Program-made: the position numbers and the translations under genes
Assembly: GCA_002633005.1 (NCBI GenBank)
Contig: NMRA01000080.1
Location: 711,291 to 775,290, forward strand
Direction of reading: 5' to 3'
Length of the DNA: 64,000 nucleotides
Source: Phoronis australis
Lineage: Eukaryota; Animalia; Phoronida
In this document: positions 37,701-46,452 of the stretch, in pieces
Position numbering within the stretch: position 1 is the first letter of the stretch
How the letters are laid out: every line of letters begins with the position of its first letter
The notes under the pieces: model-generated
What the model was told of the DNA's origin: nothing
Databases searched by the model: none
Seen by the model: only the letters and a program-made list of their open reading frames with translations

Positions 37701-40700
37701 NNNNNNNNNNNNNNNNNNNNNNNNNNNNNNNNNNNNNNNNNNNNNNNNNNNNNNNNNNNNNNNNNNNNNNNNNNNNNNNNNNNNNNNNNNNNNNNNNNNN
37801 NNNNNNNNNNNNNNNNNNNNNNNNNNNNNNNNNNNNNNNNNNNNNNNNNNNNNNNNNNNNNNNNNNNNNNNNNNNNNNNNNNNNNNNNNNNNNNNNNNNN
37901 NNNNNNNNNNNNNNNNNNNNNNNNNNNNNNNNNNNNNNNNNNNNNNNNNNNNNNNNNNNNNNNNNNNNNNNNNNNNNNNNNNNNNNNNNNNNNNNNNNNN
38001 NNNNNNNNNNNNNNNNNNNNNNNNNNNNNNNNNNNNNNNNNNNNNNNNNNNNNNNNNNNNNNNNNNNNNNNNNNNNNNNNNNNNNNNNNNNNNNNNNNNN
38101 NNNNNNNNNNNNNNNNNNNNNNNNNNNNNNNNNNNNNNNNNNNNCTCCTGCATCGGATTCACAGCTTCGATAAAAGTTAAAGGTGTGAATTTCAACAGAC
38201 TTCTCTCACACACCGATAAGTTTCATGTTTCTATAGAGTCAATGCTTACATCACTTAAATTGATGTTCTAACCGTAATTAATCAAAGTCAAGTGGTAGAA
38301 AAGTTCACCCCTGCATAGCGTTATCAAGTTCTAAAAGATACCAGTATTTCCCAATAGCCAATTATGGGGGACCCGGATTTTGAGAACCGGTTTGATGTCC
38401 ATTATTGATTGGAGAAAACTGGTTCTCAAAATATTGGACCCCTGTAAACTGACTATCACTCCATATAGAGTGAACTAAGATTACCCATAATGCCACAGCC
38501 AGTGTTGTTAGTGCAGACAGACTTCAGTCCCATCCACGCACAGACTTACACTAGAACTTGCACTAGTGCAATTTTCCCCCCACACACACCTGATAACTAG
38601 CGTAAGGAAAAAGTGGTCGTTCTGCACATGACAAAGAACAGCGGATACGAAAACAGTGTGAACAAGGAGACTGATAATTGCTTCCACCTTACCCCAGGTT
38701 TGCAGCCACACGGCAATTAGAAGTGGCGCAAATTACCCTACCTCAATAATGCGGACTGAGTTGTCACAAGTGGGGGGAAGCCGCACCAGTTTAAATAGCG
38801 TATAGACAGTCGCTAAACCTGGCAGCAACTCGTATTTTGTTCTAGAGTATGTCTGTGTGGATGGCACTTTCGAAGGAATGGAATGTGAGCAGTGGTACTG
38901 GGTCCACATCAGTGTCAAAAACGCTAGCATTTTTACCAGCATGTGAACGGGGTACAGAGTTCCTCAGTAATTTTGTCAAGCTAAACTTTTAGCTTTGAAA
39001 AACTTCTGGGGCCCGTTCCAACAAAACTGACTTAGCTAAGACAATTTTTAAATTTTACTAAATTTTAAAATAAAAGTTAAATTTGTCTCAAAATCATTTC
39101 AATAAAGAGATCTTTAGCTTGATTAATGTGTTTGAGGTAATTTTTTCTTAGTTTTGAGGAATTTACCGAATGTGGAAGTTTCAAAGTTTGGAACTTAAGT
39201 CAAAAATCAACTTAAGTCAGTTTCTTGGAACAGGCCCCAGGTCTATCTATAGCAAACCAACTTGTCTCAAAAAATATTCAGACCAAATGATAATTATTGA
39301 GAGTTTCGATAGGAAATGACAAAGCTGAAAGCTATCTATTTTGCGCTGCACTTGCACTAAATCAAAACGGTGCAGCTTTCCAATATGAAATATCCCGATG
39401 AGATTCACAAAAATTTTAAGGGGATTTTCACTTGTTTTGTACAAAAATTGGTAAAATTGTCACTTTCAGGGTTTTAGAAGCCGATATCCTTGCAGCAAAT
39501 AAAGGACACTTCAAATAATGTCATTTTCTGCCCAACTCCAACCAAGCTCATAATAATATAATCAAAATTCCCTTAATCTTTATTTTTTATTTGAATTTCA
39601 ACTGTTGATCTTGACTAAGAGTAGCGGGATTTTTAAGTTAAATTAAATTCAAAAAGTCTGTGGTCTGTGAGATTGTGCACTCCTTCACAGTACTACGTAA
39701 TGTATAGGTGGCTCTGTGTCAGAGAATAATTATACACCTAGCTAAGACTTCAGCCGATATTTCCCAATAACAGGGTGGCCATGGAAATCAGTGAACTATA
39801 GCCGAGATGACAGCTCGACACAAGTTGAGAACAATTGAATGAACTAGGGACTAGTTTATATCAATGGCGGGAGTTGTCCTATTTCCACGCCTTGCCGTGG
39901 GCGGTCAGCTTGAAGTTATGGTTTACTTGACCAGACAGCTCATCTCCTAGCACTGGATCTGCACTGCCCTGAGATAGGCCTATCTAGATCTAGTCTGCTT
40001 CTGAATGAGTAACAAAGACAACGACACTTCATGAGAATCTCATTGCAGTAATGCCAATGGTAGCATAATAAAACCTCACAAATTGCTTAAAAATAACTGT
40101 TAACATTTGCTTTCTGTATGTTTCAAAGGCCACTGAAATTGTTCTGAATGCCTACACCTTCTCCAAAAATTGACTGAGTGCTTGGTATGGTAATGAACTT
40201 TGAGACAGGCAAAGTCATTTAATATTTGGTGTAACTTAATCTTTCATGAAAAATGAAAAATACCTTGGCTGCCATATTGTGTCCTGGAGAACTGGTGAGG
40301 TTTTACCATGTATCATATTTTGCTCCACCTGCAGGGTAACTTGAATTAATACAGGGATTTTCTACTCACCTCGTCACTGAACTGAAGAATAGTTGACAAC
40401 TGTAAAGTTTGTTCCAACAAGAACATTCAAAATTTGAACCTAACATAATACAATAATCAAAAATCAGATGCACAAACATTTGTCACAAATCGTCCCCTTC
40501 TGCCTAGGGGTATAGCCGAAGGTAGGTCACCCCAACCCCGCAGCTAAACACCTGCCGTTGCCTCAGGATATCTGAACTTAATTTTTTGAGGCAAGAATTG
40601 TTTAAATGGTAATGCACAATTTTGAATAAAATGGAAATCTGTTCAAGAAAGCTAGTTTTCATCAAAGCAATAATATTCATACAGAGTGCAGAATTCATAC

Positions 40701-43700
40701 AGAGTGCATCTTCGTTTACCGTTCGTGTCTTCACGAACACATAAATAACAGATTTGTTTTCATGGCTATTAAGGTCAATGAAATGATAATGTGGCTGCCC
40801 AAGAATATGACGTCATATTGGTGCAAAACAATTACTCAAAATCTAATGCTTTCTTCTTCCTTCTCCACATATCGCACAAATAATATTTCCCAAGTAAAAA
40901 TTTGATTTCTAAATGTGACCTTGAAGTCAAGGTCAATGTTGCCACTGAAAATCCACTTGCAGCTAGGGATGCGCCGTCTACACCTCAGTACAAAAAATGA
41001 AGAAAATTTAGACTTCTATTTTTTTTTAAAGCAGAAAATGATTTTTTTGATGTGACCTTGAAAATAAGGTCGAGGTCACCAAAATCGAATGACGCCTGGA
41101 AATGCCCGAGCTATACCTCGGTACATAATATGAACAAAATCTCAAGCTTCCTTCCGGAGATAACTCGGCAAGAACATGGTGAGACGTATAGGTGCATGGA
41201 TGTTCGAATGGACGTACGGACGCACAGTCGCGAACACTATATGCGTACACCGCTTCATGGTAATGGAACACTAATTAGACAAGACAGTTACTGTAACAGA
41301 TATCACAAATGTATTCACAAAAGGGGTCTAACTTTTGAAAAATACATATGCAGGTATATATGACATTTATAAGGAGAATGGATAGGCCAAAAAACAGCAG
41401 AATTGGTTCTGGTTTGCATCCAACTCATTTTGAAACCCAAACCTTACAGTTTAAAGACAGAAAAAAAGACAGAAGGATCACAGCAAATTTCAGTTGTCAT
41501 CTTGTGACTTTTTCTTTTAAAAAATATGGATAACTAAAAAATACATCTACATACAATTTTCAAAAGACACACAAGAATCAATTATGCTGTTTTCTTTAGC
41601 TATTGTCTAGTTTACCACTCTTCAGCATGCCTCATTATTTAGTCGTGCATTGAAACCAATGAGCAAAGAAGCTAAGAAAAAGAGACACTAATTAAAGAAC
41701 ACAGGCATCATGGGACAGCTTCTGCTCCACAACTGAATAGGACAGAACCTGCTGCTCCAGAATGAAACTTAGCCACAGACGACGCAGCAATCCAACAAAT
41801 GATAGACATAGCGCGCATATCCACTGTCTCTAGAGACAGTTGGCTGCCAACCAATATTTTATATCAGTTTGGGTAAATTTTGCAGTCCCTCCACCTATTT
41901 TACAAGAGTAATTTCCATAAAGTTTGATAACCACTCACTGATAACAACTCAGGCTACCACATGTCACATTGACAAGGGCATTCCTGTCTACCATCAACTA
42001 TCACTTCAGACATTCCATTTCATACAATGAATAATAGAGCTATCACAACTCCTGTTATGGCACAGCCTTTTGGGAGCTCAGCTAATACCTGGTATGTTGC
42101 ACAACTGCCCCTTTCCAAAATACCTGATGTGTATCCGTATGTACTACCTAGTCATGCAGGTGTATTCTGGTTAAGGGCGAGTTGTACTCTTAGTACGAGT
42201 CAGGGTTACAGTCCATAGAGCATGTTTCATGTGAGAAAAGTGATAACATGCGAGGAGTCCCCTGAATTCCCAAGAACTGGCCATAAGTAATTGTAACTTA
42301 TGGCCAAGAATGTTTCAAGCCTGGCATTCAATGTGAATGTTTCCCACTAATAAGAGAACGTCGAGCGTTGAAATGCGCCCATGACAGCAACTTTTTTAGT
42401 ACAAACAAAAAGGATTTATGAATGCGTAAATCTTAAACTGGTGTAGAAATATAGATCACAAACATTTTTAAGTTTGGAACCCAGTACCGCAGAATATTTC
42501 GAAAATGGGAAAGTATTGTTGTCTTCTTCACAAAAACCTATTTATTTGCTGAATTTCATGAAAATCTGTCGAGTGGAAGCCATAAAAAATAAAATAGTCA
42601 CTATGAGGCACAGCACATGCAAAAATGCGATTTGACGACACAGTGATATCAAAGAATTTTAAAAAAGAAATGCGGCGAAAGTCTACCAGCTTTAAAAATC
42701 CCCATCCAAGATACATGAGAACTGAAGTTGGCATTGTACGTATGCACACAAAATAGCAGCACAGCAAATTTCAAAATGTCCTCGCTAAATCGAGTACAAA
42801 GGCTATACAATTTGCATTATAAACTGTAGTCTGGCTCTGTGCATAGCAATCAGATAAAAGATACTTTCAAGTAAAGTTGGTATTTGTGCTGTCGCACCGA
42901 ATATCAGAACTTTTAGATTAGATGTGATTTCTTCAATGCCTATAATGTTGAACATAAAATTACTAGTTAAATTATGTATGAACATTAAATAGAATATGAT
43001 ATGAATCAGACTGATTCTCATTAAAATGATTTATTACTTTGTGTCTATTGGTGATATCTAACAACACTGAATGTAAGTATGGGCATCACATGACCTGGAA
43101 AAAGGTCAGATTGTTTACAAAGTACCACAATAGGCCAGTTGATAACAAGGTCAAATTCCATAACATAACCTTGTATTTATTGCAATGAAGAACAGAATGT
43201 GACTCTGTCCTACATATTTATGCCACCCATCAGATTTCAGAGAAAATTGGAAATCCAATATCAACTTTCAATCGGTTGGGTACAGATTGCAGGAAGTCAG
43301 CATTGCTCGTCTAATCTGTCTGTGGCTACAAGCATTTTACACAAACCCTGCCATCAGGCCACTGAACATATTAATGTGGGCACCCGTCTGACCGATATGA
43401 AAATTTTATCATTTTATAACCAAACTATGCCCGGACATTTAGACATCACATCCTCCAACAATGCACAAACACACACAGCGGACTTTTAATGTACAGATAC
43501 CCCAAGGGGAGCCAGTCCTCAGTGCTATACTGTTTTCGTTCAGCTTCAAGCCAAGATCATGAGTACTAGTAAATGCAACAAAACCAGGTTGCTCACACAA
43601 AAGTGAAAATTTTTTAAGCCAAACATACAGAGACTCCAACGAATACAATAATAGATTACAATACGATATTATTTCCAAATTATGAAGTCATTAATATATA

Positions 43701-45761
43701 TATGGAAGTAAAAATATAAATCATGAAGACAAGCAAAAGTACAACAGCATCCATTTGCTTACGCCAACAATCGGTGATCTTTTAGGTCAAGTAAAATTGC
43801 ATTTAAATCTTCAAATTCTACTACTAAATGAAGTTTCCAGCGCAGAGAAACTAGGCCGAAGAGGGCGACAGCACTTCATGCATTCAGTCCACATGGAGAA
43901 ATTGCATATAACGGAAACTTTAATTTACAAAAGACAACTTGCATTTTACCCATAGTGCTGAATGAAATGGAAGAAAATAAAATGGCACTTTCATAAACCT
44001 GAAATCTCTATGTCCTAGTTTTTCCGAAAGAAAGAAGGAGATAAGAGAGTATGAGTAATTATACAAATGATGAAGTACTCAAGATGCATTGTCTAAATTT
44101 CGCCTCATAAATTGATATTTTCAAAAAGGTTATGCATGTTACACATTGACTAGTCTAAGTTCTCACAAGTAAACACAACAGTAACACACTGTGACTGCCA
44201 CCTGTTTTAGTGAGTCACAGGTGTTTACATGAGGGTTTACAATGGCATATGGTGAAGCAGACAAACGCAATATTTTCCTTCAGTCGTATCTTGTAGCAGA
44301 AACAAAACAAAACAAAACAAAAAAATATTTTTTGCACAATTGAACTATTATTCACCATATTTCTGGTCAGGTAAGTTGCATTGTATGTAAGTTGCATTGT
44401 ATGTGCTCCACACACATCTAGCAACAGTTAGGACCGTCATTGGTACAGACGGTTTTAAAAAATGACAGCTAGCACACCATCGGCCGAGAGAAAAAATATC
44501 TCTTTCAAAACAACTTTGGCGAAAGCGACATCTAAATGATGAATTTTAACATCTCTGGTTATAAAATTTCATTGAAACTAACAATTCATAGTTTTAGCTC
44601 AGATGTAAACCAAGATCACAGACCATCACCGTAAATTTTTATCATGTCATGCTGATGATTGGAAAATGCTGGCAACCACAAATTCCTAGTGCAGTAGGTC
44701 TACTTCTACCTATATGTGCTTCCAGCGAATCATATGAGCCTCTGTCAGCCACTCGCTAACGAGAAATTGCCTACTAGCTGAATGGTTAGCATGCTTGCCA
44801 ATTTTATGGGTCATGGGGTCATTGGTTCGATTCCCAGGCCGGGTAATCTTGAATATTACTACAAATGTCGTAGTTGGCAAATGAATGATCTACCGATAAA
44901 CCACTGCCAACTAGTACTCGCAGACCTTGGACAGCGCGTATGTTTATGGTGACGGTAAATTTAGTTCCAGGAGTCAAGGACCTGTATACGAGACAACCTG
45001 GTGCTCACCTTCCTGGTAGCCCGCCTGTTCCATACGAAAGGGGGGAATGTTGTAGATGTGCTTCCACGCCAGTGAATCATATCCATATGAGCCTCTCTTA
45101 GCCACTAGCTAACGGGCAATTGCCTATATGTTTTATGGGGTTCGGTGGTTCGATTCCCGGGTCGGGTAATCTGGGTTATTACTACACTATGTTGCCAAAC
45201 ATGAACTGAGGTCACAAAACCCCATTGTCAACAGCCGAAATTGAAATAAATGAGATACACTGAAAAGCTGCAAATTAGGCAAATGTCACCTTGGCTTTTT
45301 TCCTCAAATGGGAAATTACAAGCGTACATAACCTCGGACTTCTAAACAGAGCTGGCAGCATGAGTAAAAGCCCCCATCTGCCCAACTAAAGATGTGCAGC
45401 TCCGTATTAACAGCCAAAACAGTAATAAAACAACAAGTCACATTTAAATGAAGTAAACCGTAAAAACTGAAAGACTTACCCAGGAAGGCAATGATTCCAA
45501 TCTGGCAAGCACAGACTTTTGCTCATTTTTCGCAGCATCATGAGCCATTTGCATCTGCTTATCTTTCATTCTCTTATAGTAGGAATTGAAGACATAAACC
45601 AGCAGAATTATCAGAACCCAAGTGATGCTAAATTGAAAATAGCCCAAAATCCAAACGACCGAGAGAAGTGCAACAAGTTTGAAATATAAGATTATGATCT
45701 GCAAAACTTGTTCGTCCTGCTCTGATTTTTTGACTGGTGCAGCAGCAGCTTGTTCCGCCAT
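13640..45761 (-). CDS. ESYT2: Extended synaptotagmin, ESYT2/3-type (TM hairpin, SMP, three C2 domains); complete 20-exon gene, ~806 aa
   Basis: Exons (minus): 45480-45761, 35742-35783, 34991-35128, 33126-33202, 32635-32791, 31783-31959, 31154-31253, 30666-30736, 28097-28182, 27400-27448, 26682-26771, 23349-23438, 22012-22176, 21408-21557, 20413-20572, 17449-17569, 16211-16306, 15448-15582, 14438-14593, 13640-13718. Total 2421 nt, open, all GT-AG. Motifs [53 protein letters not shown] and WYDL. Which vertebrate paralogue is the orthologue is inferred, not tested. Confidence 0.95.
14438..14593 (-). CDS. ESYT2: ESYT exon 19 (C2C)
   Basis: [51 protein letters not shown]. Confidence 0.92.
15448..15582 (-). 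CDS. ESYT2: ESYT exon 18 (C2C basic patch)
   Basis: [44 protein letters not shown]; AAG acceptor. Confidence 0.92.
16211..16306 (-). CDS. ESYT2: ESYT exon 17 (start of C2C)
   Basis: [31 protein letters not shown]. Confidence 0.92.
16700..16765 (-). pseudogene. Degenerate, internally deleted duplicate of ESYT exon 17 (pseudo-exon)
   Basis: atatag|GTCAGAGGGCAGAGGT versus the true atgtag|GTCAGAGGGCAAAGGT; ends AAGTGTGAG|gta versus AAGTGTCG|gta; in-frame TGA. Confidence 0.55.
17449..17569 (-). CDS. ESYT2: ESYT exon 16 (linker)
   Basis: [40 protein letters not shown], phase 1-2. Confidence 0.82.
17874..18160. repeat. 23-bp minisatellite, ~12 copies
   Basis: Unit aggttaaatgtgatcacaataac, containing the palindrome TGTGATCACA; central copies most homogeneous. 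Confidence 0.92.
20413..20572 (-). CDS. ESYT2: ESYT exon 15 (S/P-rich linker)
   Basis: [53 protein letters not shown], phase 0-1. Confidence 0.82.
21408..21557 (-). CDS. ESYT2: ESYT exon 14 (C2B)
   Basis: [50 protein letters not shown]. Confidence 0.9.
22012..22176 (-). CDS. ESYT2: ESYT exon 13 (C2B)
   Basis: [19 protein letters not shown]...[23 protein letters not shown]. Confidence 0.92.
23349..23438 (-). CDS. ESYT2: ESYT exon 12 (start of C2B)
   Basis: [30 protein letters not shown]. Confidence 0.9.
26312..26452. mobile_element. Palindromic (foldback/MITE-like) element
   Basis: Arms agtctgatataatgtgcccgaattttgagaaccagttt and aaactggttctcaaaatgtgggcacgttatatcagact around a ~22-nt loop. 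Confidence 0.75.
26682..26771 (-). CDS. ESYT2: ESYT exon 11
   Basis: [30 protein letters not shown]. Confidence 0.9.
26850..27108. mobile_element. Degenerate MITE with GGGGCC-type termini
   Basis: ggggccctatttcatgaaa...taggtcagaaatttgg versus ccaaatttctgacttag...tgagacaggcc (imperfect inverted termini). Confidence 0.5.
27400..27448 (-). CDS. ESYT2: ESYT exon 10
   Basis: [17 protein letters not shown]. Confidence 0.88.
27933..28090. repeat. Degenerate ~41-bp tandem repeat (~4 copies) adjoining the ESYT exon 9 donor
   Basis: gtcaacac...ctccacc recurring at about 27936, 27977, 28018 and 28058. Confidence 0.6.
28097..28182 (-). CDS. ESYT2: ESYT exon 9 (C2A acidic loop)
   Basis: [28 protein letters not shown]. 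Confidence 0.92.
28374..29780 (+). mobile_element. Decayed, 5'-truncated non-LTR retrotransposon (L1/Tx1-like ORF2 remnant), antisense to ESYT
   Basis: Frameshifted fragments [11 protein letters not shown] (YADD-like), [60 protein letters not shown] and the C-terminal zinc-knuckle relic [18 protein letters not shown], in canonical order. Confidence 0.8.
30666..30736 (-). CDS. ESYT2: ESYT exon 8 (C2A)
   Basis: [24 protein letters not shown]. Confidence 0.9.
31154..31253 (-). CDS. ESYT2: ESYT exon 7 (C2A)
   Basis: [33 protein letters not shown]. Confidence 0.92.
31585..31798. repeat. C-rich tract with a duplicated copy of the ESYT exon 6 donor region (period 130)
   Basis: ccccttctct.acaccctccca.ccaaccttaggcatgggatac at ~31625-31668 and ~31755-31798. 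Confidence 0.85.
31783..31959 (-). CDS. ESYT2: ESYT exon 6 (end of SMP)
   Basis: [59 protein letters not shown]. Confidence 0.92.
32383..32397. promoter_or_regulatory. Weaker X-box-like motif in ESYT intron 5
   Basis: GTTGTCCATGGAAAC. Confidence 0.25.
32635..32791 (-). CDS. ESYT2: ESYT exon 5 (SMP)
   Basis: [52 protein letters not shown]. Confidence 0.92.
33126..33202 (-). CDS. ESYT2: ESYT exon 4 (SMP)
   Basis: [25 protein letters not shown]. Confidence 0.92.
34991..35128 (-). CDS. ESYT2: ESYT exon 3 (SMP)
   Basis: [46 protein letters not shown]. Confidence 0.92.
35218..35381. repeat. 49-bp tandem repeat, ~3.3 copies
   Basis: agaataaacataacatgttaca..ttctctttga units starting at 35218, 35267 and 35316. 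Confidence 0.85.
35742..35783 (-). CDS. ESYT2: ESYT exon 2 (42 nt)
   Basis: [14 protein letters not shown], flanked by ttcag and gtaagc. Confidence 0.92.
37434..38144. other. Assembly gap (711 N) in ESYT intron 1
   Basis: Run of n. Confidence 1.
38352..38458. mobile_element. Second copy of the palindromic element family at 26312, opposite orientation
   Basis: ttttgagaaccggtttgatgtccattattgattggagaaaactggttctcaaaa is close to the reverse complement of the 26345-26398 core. Confidence 0.7.
39006..39240. mobile_element. MITE with ~29-bp terminal inverted repeats (possibly PIF/Harbinger-like)
   Basis: Left ctggggcccgttccaacaaaactgacttag; right cttaagtcagtttcttggaacaggccccag; AT-rich non-coding interior. 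Confidence 0.8.
40905..41262 (+). mobile_element. Non-autonomous interspersed repeat with tgaccttga subrepeats and a ggacg-type microsatellite tail (Helentron/HINE-like architecture)
   Basis: tgtgaccttgaagtcaaggtca, tgtgaccttgaaaataaggtcgaggtca, ggacgtacggacgcac; family assignment is inference. Confidence 0.4.
44713..45188 (+). mobile_element. tRNA-derived SINE-like element with tandemly duplicated head
   Basis: A-box TAGCTGAATGG (44775) and B-box GGTTCGATTCC (44824); a second copy of the head from ~45056 keeps the B-box (45147) but has lost the A-box; no full cloverleaf. Confidence 0.65.
45480..45761 (-). CDS. ESYT2: ESYT exon 1 (hydrophobic hairpin anchor)
   Basis: ATG at 45761; MAEQ...[30 protein letters not shown]...LPSW|gtaagt. 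Confidence 0.92.
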
Positions 45762-46437
45762 TGTGCATCAAATTGACGAAATACTAGAAGACCAAATTAC
45801 ATGAGGTAATTCTTCATCGACTCAACCTCCTCGGGCGCCCCGCTCGCACGAAACAAAACAAGCTTTTAGCTTGAGGGACACTTCGCCGTCTAGTGGTTAC
45901 GTTGAAAATCAAGTTGAAGTTCGACTGATCCACTTTTAGGAAAGTTTTAGGGGTGTTGTGATTATAACGCTGTTCCATTCGACACATAAATTAACCTTTT
46001 TGAAGAAATAACGATTGAAAAATAACAAAAGTTAGACTACAGCTAAAACATGTTAATGCTGATTGAGATTTCATAGCATTTTTGTTAAAAAAAGAAAATA
46101 ATGTAACCTGTATGTCCCCGGCACATTTGAACTTTTCTTCTATCGTCAACCCGTCTATCGTAAATCTTATATTTAATGCAAATAAAATGCCAAAATGGAC
46201 TTGTTATTTCAAAATAAAGTAAACTGCAATTGTAAAACCAAATGACCTAAATTTTCGCAAAAACTAACTATGCTGTGTTTTACGACAACTACAATATTCC
46301 GCACATGCGTACAAACCATAAATACTTCTCCCGAAATGACGAGCGTCGTTGGTGATGAGTGAAAAGTGTTGAACGCGATGAATAAAAATTAACTATGTGA
46401 TCAAAGGTCTTTCTTCTCGAAGTAAACGTTAACAATA
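45762..46437. promoter_or_regulatory. Putative bidirectional promoter ESYT(-)/WDR60(+)
   Basis: Start codons face outward 676 bp apart; CpG-containing patches near both ends; CTCF-like CCACTAGACGGCG on the minus strand at ~45884-45896. Confidence 0.7.
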
Positions 46438-46452
46438 ATGCCTTCTGGAAAG
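46438..46452 (+). CDS. DYNC2I1: DYNC2I1 first coding exon (15 nt)
   Basis: ATG CCT TCT GGA AAG|gtaggt = MPSGK. Confidence 0.8.

Noticed and set aside
37404-38213. ORFs of 258 and 261 aa
   Set aside because: Artefacts of translating the N gap
44765-44845. Possible tRNA gene
   Set aside because: A and B boxes are present, but I could not build an acceptor stem or anticodon arm, and the head is duplicated with its flanks; treated as SINE-derived
46298-46312. NRF1-like GCACATGCGT in the divergent promoter
   Set aside because: Too many mismatches to the TGCGCATGCGCA consensus to call
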